Shown piece by piece: positions 17,952 to 25,855 of a stretch of 40,114 nucleotides of DNA. The first letter of the stretch is position 1; each line of letters opens with the position of its first letter. Location: the IMG/VR virus record IMGVR_UViG_3300045988_176320, positions 1 through 40,114 of that record; one strand, written 5' to 3'. The position numbers and the translations under genes were made by a program. The notes below the pieces were generated by a model. That model worked only from the letters and a program-made list of their open reading frames with translations, did no database searches and was not told the DNA's origin. The stretch is from a virus.

Positions 17952-17988
17952 TGTTCAATTCTCCTTTGTATAAATTCTTTTTTGGTTT

Positions 17989-18546
17989 TTACATAAATTG
18001 CTTCGAGTATTCCTCAAAACTTTCGTTAGCCGCCTTTTTGGCAGCCGGATTGTCCGCCGCGCCCGCGCCCTTCTTGACATGATTGCCGAAATCCGGATTT
18101 TCGTACTTGTCTTTGAGCGCCTTGTTCTCGTCAATGACAGCGTTCAGCTTTGCGTTCAGAGCTTCCAAACGCGCCGTAAGCATCTCCTGAGTCACAAGGT
18201 CTTCCACGCGCACGCCGTTCCCCTGCCCTTCTACCTCCAACACCTTTCCGCCTTGCGCAGGGGCGGGATTGGAGTCGGTTGTTTCGTTGCCGGGATTTGC
18301 CTTGCTTTCGCCGTCTTCTTCGCCTGCGTCGGTTTCGTCCTCGAAATTTTCCTCGCCCGCGCTCCCGTCGGCTGCCTTCTCTTTTGTGTCTTCTGCCGTT
18401 TTTTCGTTCTTCTCTGCGCCTTTACCTTCATGTTCGTCTACATTTTCTTCCGACGCGGGTTGCCCCTCGCCTAATGACTTGCGAACCTCGTCTTTCTCTT
18501 CCGGTGTAAGGTTAGTCAGAGCTTTTAACAGAGCTTTTTTCAGCAT
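17989..18546 (-). CDS. Putative capsid scaffolding protein
   Basis: 185 aa, highly acidic and low-complexity with a coiled-coil C-terminus. It lies between the portal-sized gene and the capsid-sized gene. Confidence 0.55.
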   Translation of the reverse strand: MLKKALLKALTNLTPEEKDEVRKSLGEGQPASEENVDEHEGKGAEKNEKTAEDTKEKAADGSAGEENFEDETDAGEEDGESKANPGNETTDSNPAPAQGGKVLEVEGQGNGVRVEDLVTQEMLTARLEALNAKLNAVIDENKALKDKYENPDFGNHVKKGAGAADNPAAKKAANESFEEYSKQFM

Positions 18547-18609
18547 TTTTCTTGTTCTCCTTAATCTTCGGGCTCTTTGAGGCTACTCCGCTGTGCGTTT
18601 TGCCCTGCC

Positions 18610-18646
18610 CGTTTATTATTATACCGTTTTTTTTATTTTCTTTCGG
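18610..18646 (-). promoter_or_regulatory. Conserved late-promoter-like motif, copy 2 of 3
   Basis: Minus-strand reading: CCGAAAGAAAATAAAAAAAACGGTATAATAATAAACG, in the 111-nt gap between the portal stop and the scaffold start. Confidence 0.6.
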
Positions 18647-18657
18647 TCGTGACGTTT

Positions 18658-20271
18658 TCAGCCCGACTTTTGTCCTTTTTTCTCGGCAAGCGGCGCACTC
18701 ACATCTTCCGGCTCCTCCACCTTTCGCGGCGCTCTGTCGCCGTTCCACGCAAACGCAGCCTGCCTGTCCATTTCTGCCGCCGCCGCCCTCGTCTCTTTCA
18801 GGTACTCTATTTCTGCCGCCTGCTCAGCCTGAGACAGATTGCCGTACACTCCGCGTACAAACCGCTCCGCAGACATATTCCCTGCCGAAAATACATCGCT
18901 GTACACTTTGAGCTTGTCCAAAAACGGACTTTGGTCTTCGGGACGCAGGATTATATCCACCGAATTGCGATTGTAAAAATACATAACGTCCCTTAACAGC
19001 TCGTTTATCTCGGGCGCGTTCAAATTGATTTGCCCGTTTATCCACGTAGACGACTTTGTCCTTTCGCTTATTATTTCCGTTGCCGTTCTGGCTCCCGCCC
19101 CTTCGTTCAAAAACGTCGCTACGGACGATGCGGATATTTGCAGCTTAAACCCTATGTCCTTGTAGATGTTCTCTTTCTGCGTCCGTATATCCCCGCCGCG
19201 CAACAGAAACTGCAACGGCGTGACTTTGTCGTTGTCGTTGCCCATTGACGCGACTTTCTGATAAAACCTTTCGTTCAACGCCCTGTCGCCGTACAGCGGG
19301 TCGTCCTTGTTCCACATCTCTTCCGGCAGCAACGCCCTTGCCCGCGCAAGGTCAACCTCGTTTTTCTCAAAATACTTCATCTGGTCGTACTGGAAGTTTT
19401 CCGTGAACAGAATATCCCCTATGGGTTGACCGAACGGAGTGTTTGGTATTTGCGGGATATCGTCGGTGAACCGCATTAGATAACACCCTATCGAGTTGTG
19501 GAACGGCAGCATTATTTCTTGGTCTAAAACAATATCCGGATAATTATCCAAAATGTATTTTTTTACGTTTCGCGGCAGCTCCAACCAATATTTACGCGAT
19601 ACATTGCGCGTAGGCTCTTGGCGCGACGCTACTTCCGTCTGCAAATTTCCGTTTACCACGTACACCGATGAACGGACTACCGGCTTGCCCTCGTCGTTGA
19701 AATATCTTTCTTCGCATATGCCGTAATGCGTTTTCGTGCCCGACGGATTTGTGTTATGGATTGCGTCGAAAAAAACCTGCACGCTCACGACCTTTCCCGT
19801 AGCGTCTATGTCGGCAAAAAAAGTGTCGATTCTATGCGCCGACATGAACAGCTCCTTGTTGGAGCGATTCAGCTTCATAAGCGCGGTGCCACCCGCTATT
19901 CCGAATTTATGCGCTTTTTTGAGCGCCTTATAGAACTTTGTCCGCTTTGCCCAATCAATAGCAAAATTGTAGTCGGGAGTACGCCCCGCAAAATCCACGC
20001 CGTGCGCGAAAAGCATATTGTTCAATCCGTTTGCAAGGCTCTGCAACATACGCTGCGGCACAAGTCCGCTTCTCACGTTGTGCCAACCGTTCACCCAACC
20101 GTCGTATACCGAAAGGCAACGGTTCAGATAAATGGAGTAAAACGAAAAATAATACTCCGGCGCAAGCAGGTAAAAAACATTGTTGACGTAAAAGTCAAAG
20201 TACGAGCCAAGCCCGTTAATCCCGTTCATCGAAAAGCCTACGGTATCTATGTCAAAAACTTGTTGGCTCAT
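18658..20271 (-). CDS. Putative portal protein
   Basis: 537 aa. The call rests on its size and its position between the terminase and the scaffold/capsid genes only. Confidence 0.55.
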   Translation of the reverse strand: MSQQVFDIDTVGFSMNGINGLGSYFDFYVNNVFYLLAPEYYFSFYSIYLNRCLSVYDGWVNGWHNVRSGLVPQRMLQSLANGLNNMLFAHGVDFAGRTPDYNFAIDWAKRTKFYKALKKAHKFGIAGGTALMKLNRSNKELFMSAHRIDTFFADIDATGKVVSVQVFFDAIHNTNPSGTKTHYGICEERYFNDEGKPVVRSSVYVVNGNLQTEVASRQEPTRNVSRKYWLELPRNVKKYILDNYPDIVLDQEIMLPFHNSIGCYLMRFTDDIPQIPNTPFGQPIGDILFTENFQYDQMKYFEKNEVDLARARALLPEEMWNKDDPLYGDRALNERFYQKVASMGNDNDKVTPLQFLLRGGDIRTQKENIYKDIGFKLQISASSVATFLNEGAGARTATEIISERTKSSTWINGQINLNAPEINELLRDVMYFYNRNSVDIILRPEDQSPFLDKLKVYSDVFSAGNMSAERFVRGVYGNLSQAEQAAEIEYLKETRAAAAEMDRQAAFAWNGDRAPRKVEEPEDVSAPLAEKKGQKSG

Positions 20272-20281
20272 TTCTTACTCC

Positions 20282-20593
20282 CTAATTCCCTTCGTTTTCC
20301 TCTCTCACCGCCGCTTCCTCTTTCTCCATGTTCTCCCGCACGGCGGAAAAAAACTCCACTATCTTGTCGTTCCCCGCTATCGAGAGTATGTTGAGCATTT
20401 CGTCAAGCGCGATATGCATATGATTCAGCTGCGAAAGCATTTCGCACATACAGTTAAGCTCCGCACGCCGCATTTCCTTTTCGTTGTCTATGACTTTCAG
20501 AACGCAGTCACGCCCCAATTCGCTTAACACGTCAAGGTCTATCTCCGCCGCCTTTATGTCTACTTTCTCTTTTGTCGCTTGTGTTTTTTCCAT
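20282..20593 (-). CDS. Hypothetical protein
   Basis: 103-aa ORF, tightly packed. Confidence 0.5.
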   Translation of the reverse strand: MEKTQATKEKVDIKAAEIDLDVLSELGRDCVLKVIDNEKEMRRAELNCMCEMLSQLNHMHIALDEMLNILSIAGNDKIVEFFSAVRENMEKEEAAVREENEGN

Positions 20594-20594
20594 T

Positions 20595-20927
20595 TCAGTC
20601 TCCCTTCTCCACCAAATCGTTATCCTGCAAGTACACGCGATAAAAATTCGTTATCATGTTCGCTTTTCCCACGCAGTCGAGCAGAACCTTCGTAAGCGCA
20701 AGCGTCGCGTTGAACTTTGCGATTCGCACTGCGCGTTCCTCGCTTATTTTCGTCCCCTTAATGCCCAGCCGTTTCAGGTATTCTTTTTCGGACAGCCCCG
20801 CATGCCGCGCAAACGTCTGGGATATTATGGTGTTCATCAACCCGTCGTGCTTCTCGGCTATAATCTGTTCGGGCGTCTTTTTGGGCAGCTTCGGCTTGCT
20901 TTTGCTTTTAAACGGAATTTTATCCAT
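20595..20927 (-). CDS. Hypothetical protein
   Basis: 110-aa ORF, tightly packed. Confidence 0.5.
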   Translation of the reverse strand: MDKIPFKSKSKPKLPKKTPEQIIAEKHDGLMNTIISQTFARHAGLSEKEYLKRLGIKGTKISEERAVRIAKFNATLALTKVLLDCVGKANMITNFYRVYLQDNDLVEKGD

Positions 20928-21141
20928 TCTTGCGCTCCTCTTTCGTCGTTTTCGTCTCTCTCTTCGGCATTGCCTCTTTCTCGGGCGTTGCGGGTCTGAC
21001 TATGTATTTATCAAACTCCGCTTTCGTCAATCCGCATATGCCCCATTGGTCTTTGTGCCTGCATGCGTTCTTCTCGTTGTGCAATCTGCATTTTGCTCTC
21101 GTGCAACGTATCATTTCTTCTCCTTTTTTTCTACGCGGCAA
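20920..21141 (-). CDS. Hypothetical small Cys/His-rich basic protein
   Basis: 73-aa ORF containing CTRAKCRLHNEKNACRHKDQWGIC. Confidence 0.5.
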   Translation of the reverse strand: MPRRKKGEEMIRCTRAKCRLHNEKNACRHKDQWGICGLTKAEFDKYIVRPATPEKEAMPKRETKTTKEERKNG

Positions 21142-22645
21142 TTTTCAAGCCCGCTAATTTTCGTATTTCTTCAACATGCGCCGATTTGAGATAATCCCGC
21201 CGCCTTACGGGGAAAGACAGGTTGTAGCAGTTCGAGTAGTACGGAATAAGCCCGTATTCGAGCGCGTCCACCAAGTCGTTGGGTATCTTCGGGTCGAGCT
21301 TCCTGTTCTTGTACCTTTGTTTTTCAATCTCCCGCGCAAGTCTGTGCGTGTTCACGCGCCCGTCGTACAGCTTTGTGCCCTCGTTAAGAATCGTCAAAAC
21401 GCCATACGCAAACGCATTTTTTATAATCCCCAAATTCATATCCTTTTTCTTGGCGGTAAACGACATAATCTTTATAAACCGCCACACCTTTTTCTTGCTT
21501 GTTCGCTTCAAGTGCCGCAGCTGCGCTATAAACGTGGCTGCTGCGCTGTCCACCGACAGATAGGTCGGCAACTGATTTGCTTCAATCCCGTACCTGTTAT
21601 CCAGAAAACTCAGAAAATCGTCCAACAACTCGCATTGCTCGACCGGCGACAGCGTTCTGTTCGTTTCTTCGGGGTCGTCGTACAAAACTTCGAGCGTCTG
21701 CGTCGTACCGTCGTCAAGCACCGCAACGGGCACGCAGGCAAAAGTATCGTTTGCCGTCGCGTGGTCAACCCCTATGAACAACGTCGTTATGTATTTCTTT
21801 TCAAGCTCATACGCGCGCTTGTAGTGCTTTGACCTATCGAATTGCGGGAATACCACGTCTGACGCGCTCGCGTGTATATCCCCCAAAAACACGCGCCTGA
21901 ACTCAGTGTAGTTCGCCGCCTTTACGCTTTCCACGTATTTCCGCGTCTGCTCGTTAAGCAGCTCCCATATGTGATAGCAGTTCGCGTATATATAACACCA
22001 ATCGGGGTCTTTCCGTTTGTCGAATACATAATCCACAAACCAATGCCCCGCAGTCTCGCTGTTCCCGACTATTACCAGCTTTGCCTCCGCGTCAAGCTGT
22101 CGGATAAACGTAATGACCGATTGCTCGACCACGTTTGCGTCCTTGTTCTTCTGCGCCTCTTCATACAGCACGAGCGACAACGGATTTGGCGTGTTTATAC
22201 CTCTCGACCTTTGCCCGCCCTTGCTGTCGGTTATGGGGTAAAAATACGTCCGCCCCTTCCTTGACGAGCTTGAAATATACGACTTGCTTTTCGGGATATA
22301 CCACTCGCAGGATTGCGCGTCCCCCACGTCAAGCCCCGAATTGCTCAAAAACTTTTCAATCTCGTTTATTGTGCTGTCCTTTATTTCCGTAGCGGTAGCC
22401 TGTAAAACAACGATGTCGCGGTCGGGGAACTTGTTTACGGTCGCCCACCACAGCCCCACGAGTATGCTTGTTTTTCCCGACAACCGCCCCGACGACAATA
22501 TAAAGTACCGATACTTGTCAAGGAACACTTCCTGATAAACGCTCGGAACAACCACCGTTGACGCGGTGATGTCGTCGCACAGTCGCCTGTACTCGTTTTC
22601 GTCTATAACGGCATAGCCTTTCTCTTTTGCAACTGTTTCGCCCAT
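21131..22645 (-). CDS. terL: Terminase large subunit
   Basis: 504 aa. Walker A is GRLSGKTS and the Walker B-like segment is LVLYEEAQ. It follows the small terminase gene. Confidence 0.85.
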   Translation of the reverse strand: MGETVAKEKGYAVIDENEYRRLCDDITASTVVVPSVYQEVFLDKYRYFILSSGRLSGKTSILVGLWWATVNKFPDRDIVVLQATATEIKDSTINEIEKFLSNSGLDVGDAQSCEWYIPKSKSYISSSSRKGRTYFYPITDSKGGQRSRGINTPNPLSLVLYEEAQKNKDANVVEQSVITFIRQLDAEAKLVIVGNSETAGHWFVDYVFDKRKDPDWCYIYANCYHIWELLNEQTRKYVESVKAANYTEFRRVFLGDIHASASDVVFPQFDRSKHYKRAYELEKKYITTLFIGVDHATANDTFACVPVAVLDDGTTQTLEVLYDDPEETNRTLSPVEQCELLDDFLSFLDNRYGIEANQLPTYLSVDSAAATFIAQLRHLKRTSKKKVWRFIKIMSFTAKKKDMNLGIIKNAFAYGVLTILNEGTKLYDGRVNTHRLAREIEKQRYKNRKLDPKIPNDLVDALEYGLIPYYSNCYNLSFPVRRRDYLKSAHVEEIRKLAGLKIAA

Positions 22646-22647
22646 TC

Positions 22648-23424
22648 TTATTCTGTCATCTCTGCCTCTTCTTCGTCCGCCACCTCAACGACAGCAAGTC
22701 CGTCTCCGCCCTTCTTGTCCGCAACGATTACTACCTCGCCGTCCGCCTCTTCCGTCTTGTCCTGCATTTCCATGAACACGGGATTGTTCCTGCTGTCTTC
22801 GACCGCGTCCTTTTTGCTTGCGTCCACAATCATGATGTTCACGTTCCCGCCCGCGCTTATCTGTCCGAGCGGCTGTAACGCGCTTATCCCCAGCAGCCTG
22901 TCAAGCTCTTTTCTCGCCTTTATACGCGTGTCTACGTCGCTTATGTACTCGGTCTTGGTGGTTATCTTGTCTCCGTTTTTGTACACGGTTCTTTTGACCG
23001 TCTTTATCTTCCCTTCGGCGATGTCCCTGAAAAACTGTATCTGCCTTGCAAGCTCCCCGCTCTCGTCGCCCTCTATCTTTTCCAAAACCGCCTTAGCCGT
23101 ATTCTGCTCCGCAAGCGCATTTATACGCCTCGCCTCCGCACTTTCCGACTGCAAAACCTCTTTCGCCTTCCTAGCCTCTTCCAGCACCCGAATAAGCTCC
23201 GCAAGTCGCGGATTGTTTCGTTCAAGGATATACGAGTTTTGCCCCGCGTTTTTCTCCGTACTGTATCCCGCAATTTTATAGCTCGCAGTCTTTCCGTTCC
23301 CGCGCCCCCTAGCGTCCACATACGCCCTCTGTCTCGGCGGCAACGCCGCATAATACGACTGCTGCTCCGGCGTAAAACACGATATCCGTTTAGGCTGCGT
23401 CCACTTCGGCTGTACCTTATTCAA
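22648..23424 (-). CDS. terS: Putative terminase small subunit (TTG start)
   Basis: 258 aa with an N-terminal HTH-like region, YAALPPRQRAYVDARGRGNGKTASYKIAGYS. It lies immediately upstream of terL. Confidence 0.6.
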   Translation of the reverse strand: MNKVQPKWTQPKRISCFTPEQQSYYAALPPRQRAYVDARGRGNGKTASYKIAGYSTEKNAGQNSYILERNNPRLAELIRVLEEARKAKEVLQSESAEARRINALAEQNTAKAVLEKIEGDESGELARQIQFFRDIAEGKIKTVKRTVYKNGDKITTKTEYISDVDTRIKARKELDRLLGISALQPLGQISAGGNVNIMIVDASKKDAVEDSRNNPVFMEMQDKTEEADGEVVIVADKKGGDGLAVVEVADEEEAEMTE

Positions 23425-23478
23425 AAAATCACCTTCCCCTTTATCTCTCTTTTTCCGCCGCCGCCCTATTTCCCCCCT

Positions 23479-23515
23479 CGTTTATTATTATACCGCCTTC
23501 TCCGATTTCTTTCGG
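23479..23515 (-). promoter_or_regulatory. Conserved late-promoter-like motif, copy 1 of 3
   Basis: Minus-strand reading: CCGAAAGAAATCGGAGAAGGCGGTATAATAATAAACG, 55 nt upstream of the terS start. Confidence 0.6.
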
Positions 23516-23605
23516 AAACACCCCCCCTCCCTTAAAATACTTATTCTCATTTTTTGAGATACCATCCCCCTTTTAGGGGTCACGTGAAAATTTGCTCCCC
23601 CCAAA

Positions 23606-23626
23606 TAAAAAAACCCCCGTCGGGGG
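23606..23626 (-). terminator. Short GC hairpin plus U-run (insulator upstream of the late promoter)
   Basis: CCCCC (23614-23618) pairs with GGGGG (23622-23626). UUUUUUU follows on the minus strand. Confidence 0.4.
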
Positions 23627-24016
23627 CAGGGGGTGTATTCTGTTCACTCTCAAAAGTAAATTATTTTTTCTCTGTTCATTTTTGGGGAAAGTAATATTTA
23701 CAAAAGAAAATTACTTTCTCTAAGAAATATTAAAATATATTTATATATATTATTATAAATTTATATTTATTTAATTTAAAATATTATACTTTCTTGAAAT
23801 AGTATTCTTTTGAGTGAAAAGAATATAAAGAGATACATTTTCAAGGGAAAGAAAAAAGAAAATTATATCAAAAGAGATATTTTTTTAAAGGGAAAAAAGA
23901 AAGTAGTATATAGCAGGGGCGCAAGGCGGGCGGGGAAAGGCAAAAGGCAGGGAAAGCGGAAACGGGGGAAAGGACGGGCGGAGACTTTCGCCGCTTGTAT
24001 GCCCTTTTAAAGGGCG

Positions 24017-24042
24017 AAAAAAAACGGGGGAAAATCCCCCCG
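24017..24042 (-). terminator. Rho-independent terminator ending the early operon / moron
   Basis: CGGGGG (24025-24030) pairs with CCCCCG (24037-24042). Eight U follow on the minus strand. It lies 5 nt after the stop at 24047. Confidence 0.7.
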
Positions 24043-24046
24043 CCTT

Positions 24047-24484
24047 TTAGTCTGTGCAATCTTCAAAGTCGTTGTAGTTATCGATAAACGTTTCGTTTTT
24101 GAGCTCCCAAGAGGTCACAAGCTCGTCCCAAACGCCTTTATTATCTTTTTCCTCTTGCAAATGGCTCACGAGCGAATAGACGCTCAATTTTAACTCCCCG
24201 CTAATTTCCAAAATTTCGCCATGTGGGGGATTTTTAAAAATAATCATTTTGTATTTATTGTTTCGAAGCGCAAAAAGTTGAATGTAATAATAACCCGGCT
24301 CCCCGTTGCTTTCAGGCTTAAAAATGGCAAAGGGGCATATGTGATTATTTTCAAAATAATCATAATCGGTTCCGTTTTTGCCGTTCATGTAATAAATGCC
24401 CTCGCAAGTCTCAATGCCTTTGCTCGTGAAGTGCTCCTCGCGAGCAGCCTCCATTATATCCCTGATTTCCTCGAAGTTTATCAT
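24047..24484 (-). CDS. Hypothetical cytosolic protein (moron with its own consensus promoter)
   Basis: 145-aa ORF with an AAGGAG RBS. It is more A+T-rich than the upstream genes and lies between promoter 24505-24533 and terminator 24017-24042. Confidence 0.65.
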   Translation of the reverse strand: MINFEEIRDIMEAAREEHFTSKGIETCEGIYYMNGKNGTDYDYFENNHICPFAIFKPESNGEPGYYYIQLFALRNNKYKMIIFKNPPHGEILEISGELKLSVYSLVSHLQEEKDNKGVWDELVTSWELKNETFIDNYNDFEDCTD

Positions 24485-24504
24485 ATTTTAATCTCCTTGC
24501 TAAA

Positions 24505-24533
24505 ATTATATCCTTTATTTTGGCAAATGTCAA
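24505..24533 (-). promoter_or_regulatory. Perfect-consensus sigma70 promoter, TTGACA-N17-TATAAT
   Basis: Minus-strand reading: TTGACA (24528-24533) and TATAAT (24505-24510). Confidence 0.7.
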
Positions 24534-24862
24534 AGCATTAACGCCAACAGCATCCCCACCGAGGCGGCAAGCGTGGCAAAGCTAATCACGTATGACATAA
24601 TCAGCGCGAAATTGTCCGTTTTCCGTTGCCGTTCTAACTGTTGCCGCCGGCGCTCCTGTCTCGACTCTTTTTCCCGCAATTCTCTTTCGGCTAACTCTAT
24701 GCGCCGCCTTGCAATGTCGTTCCTAGCCCGAGCGAGCTCGTTTTTTTCTCTTTGCAGCTCTTGCCGCGCTTGGTCAAGCTCTATTCGCGCAAGCTCGTTT
24801 TCGTTCTCCTCCTGCTCCCGGAATATCTCGTTAAAGTCTCTCGGGGATAAGTTTATCGCCAT
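24530..24862 (-). CDS. Coiled-coil protein with a C-terminal TM anchor; start at ATG 24862
   Basis: AAAGGAGG lies 6 nt upstream of ATG 24862. The protein is R/E-rich coiled coil followed by FALIMSYVISFATLAASVGMLLALML. Confidence 0.55.
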   Translation of the reverse strand: MAINLSPRDFNEIFREQEENENELARIELDQARQELQREKNELARARNDIARRRIELAERELREKESRQERRRQQLERQRKTDNFALIMSYVISFATLAASVGMLLALML

Positions 24863-24876
24863 GTTTCTGCCTCCTT

Positions 24877-25020
24877 TTAATCTAAAAAACAAACAAGCGT
24901 TCTAATCGCTTCATCGACTGTTTCATTTACATCGCCGCCGCCTTGCTCGGCTTGCTCGTACATCTCATTGCTTAACGTGTACAGCAAGTTTAATAAATTG
25001 CACTTATCTATTAACTTCAT
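24877..25020 (-). CDS. Small hypothetical protein (47 aa), below the ORF-track cutoff
   Basis: ATG 25020-25018 overlaps the upstream TAA (TAATG). The product is MKLIDKCNLLNLLYTLSNEMYEQAEQGGGDVNETVDEAIRTLVCFLD. Confidence 0.4.
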   Translation of the reverse strand: MKLIDKCNLLNLLYTLSNEMYEQAEQGGGDVNETVDEAIRTLVCFLD

Positions 25021-25409
25021 TACCCCCGCGCCTCCTCGTGCGCCGCGTTGAAATCTTCTTCAAAGTCGGGCAAGACTTCATCTATTGCCGCGGGCAAAAG
25101 ATAACATCTGATTAACACATCTGCACTTTCCGCGCCATTTTTAACCTTTTCGCCCATGTCCGCGCCAAACTCCGCGCAAGCCTCTTCGAGTACGTCCCAA
25201 TTATGCGCCAAGTACTCTTCCGCCTGCCAGGTCGAAAAGGTGTAAGACCCCGACGCGTTCCCGGTCACGTGGTCGCATACCCACAACTCATCGTTTAACG
25301 CTTCGCGCAGCTCGTCAAGGGTTTCAAAATCAGCGAACCTATCTGCCCAGCTCTCCGCTATCACTTCGCGCACGTCATCGCATACGGCTTCAAAATAATT
25401 ATAATCCAT
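25020..25409 (-). CDS. Strongly acidic early protein (candidate DNA mimic / anti-restriction)
   Basis: 129 aa, with roughly 36 D+E against 7 K+R by hand count. Confidence 0.65.
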   Translation of the reverse strand: MDYNYFEAVCDDVREVIAESWADRFADFETLDELREALNDELWVCDHVTGNASGSYTFSTWQAEEYLAHNWDVLEEACAEFGADMGEKVKNGAESADVLIRCYLLPAAIDEVLPDFEEDFNAAHEEARG

Positions 25410-25439
25410 TTTTTACTCTCCTTTTTTCCTTTAATTTAG

Positions 25440-25468
25440 TTGACTTTTTTTTCGCCCCCCGTTAGAAT
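25440..25468 (+). promoter_or_regulatory. Sigma70-like promoter, TTGACT-N17-TAGAAT, on the plus strand (antisense to the early operon)
   Basis: TTGACT at 25440-25445 and TAGAAT at 25463-25468. Confidence 0.5.
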
Positions 25469-25474
25469 TAAAGG

Positions 25475-25555
25475 CGGCAGAGGGGCGGAGGCACCTCCCC
25501 CCTGCGCCTATTCTTTTTTGACCGCTCCCGCGTGGGGCGGTCGTTGCTTTTATTT
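25475..25555 (+). ncRNA. Candidate antisense sRNA of about 80 nt (two hairpins, the second a terminator)
   Basis: It lies downstream of the plus-strand promoter. AGGCGGCAGAGGGG pairs with CCCCCTGCGCCT. A 9-bp terminator stem spans 25520-25542 and is followed by GUUGCUUUUAUUU. Confidence 0.3.
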
Positions 25556-25693
25556 GGCTACTTCTTTTTTAATCGCCCGAACCATTGCCGCCGCGCTCCG
25601 GCTGTCCTTCGCGCCCTCTTCAATCAGGCGCGCGAGCAGCTCCAGAACGGCGGCGAATTGTTTATTCGTCATGAAATCAACTCCCTTAATCAT
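25550..25693 (-). CDS. Small hypothetical protein (47 aa), below the ORF-track cutoff
   Basis: AAGGGAGG lies 9 nt upstream of ATG 25693. The product is MIKGVDFMTNKQFAAVLELLARLIEEGAKDSRSAAAMVRAIKKEVAK. Confidence 0.4.
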   Translation of the reverse strand: MIKGVDFMTNKQFAAVLELLARLIEEGAKDSRSAAAMVRAIKKEVAK

Positions 25694-25855
25694 TCGTTCT
25701 TGCCTCCCTTTTAATATTTGCGACGGTCAGGCGTTCCCCGACCTTCGCATGCTTATTTTACCATTTTTCTGCCCCTCCGGCAAGCGTTCTACCATACAAC
25801 TTTTTTATGGTGACCATAATCACAACGCACAGCGGTCACCCTACCAACATTTACC

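Noticed and set aside
23915-23990. G-quadruplex-forming G-runs on the plus strand.
   Set aside because: The G-runs are present, but the loop lengths and run lengths are irregular. I cannot evaluate stability without computation. They are noted only as part of the purine-rich block.
23810-24010. A 66-aa Lys/Arg/Gly-rich ORF (+), and 23868-24059 (-).
   Set aside because: They are translations of the purine-only strand bias in a non-coding block. There is no RBS, and the second crosses a terminator.
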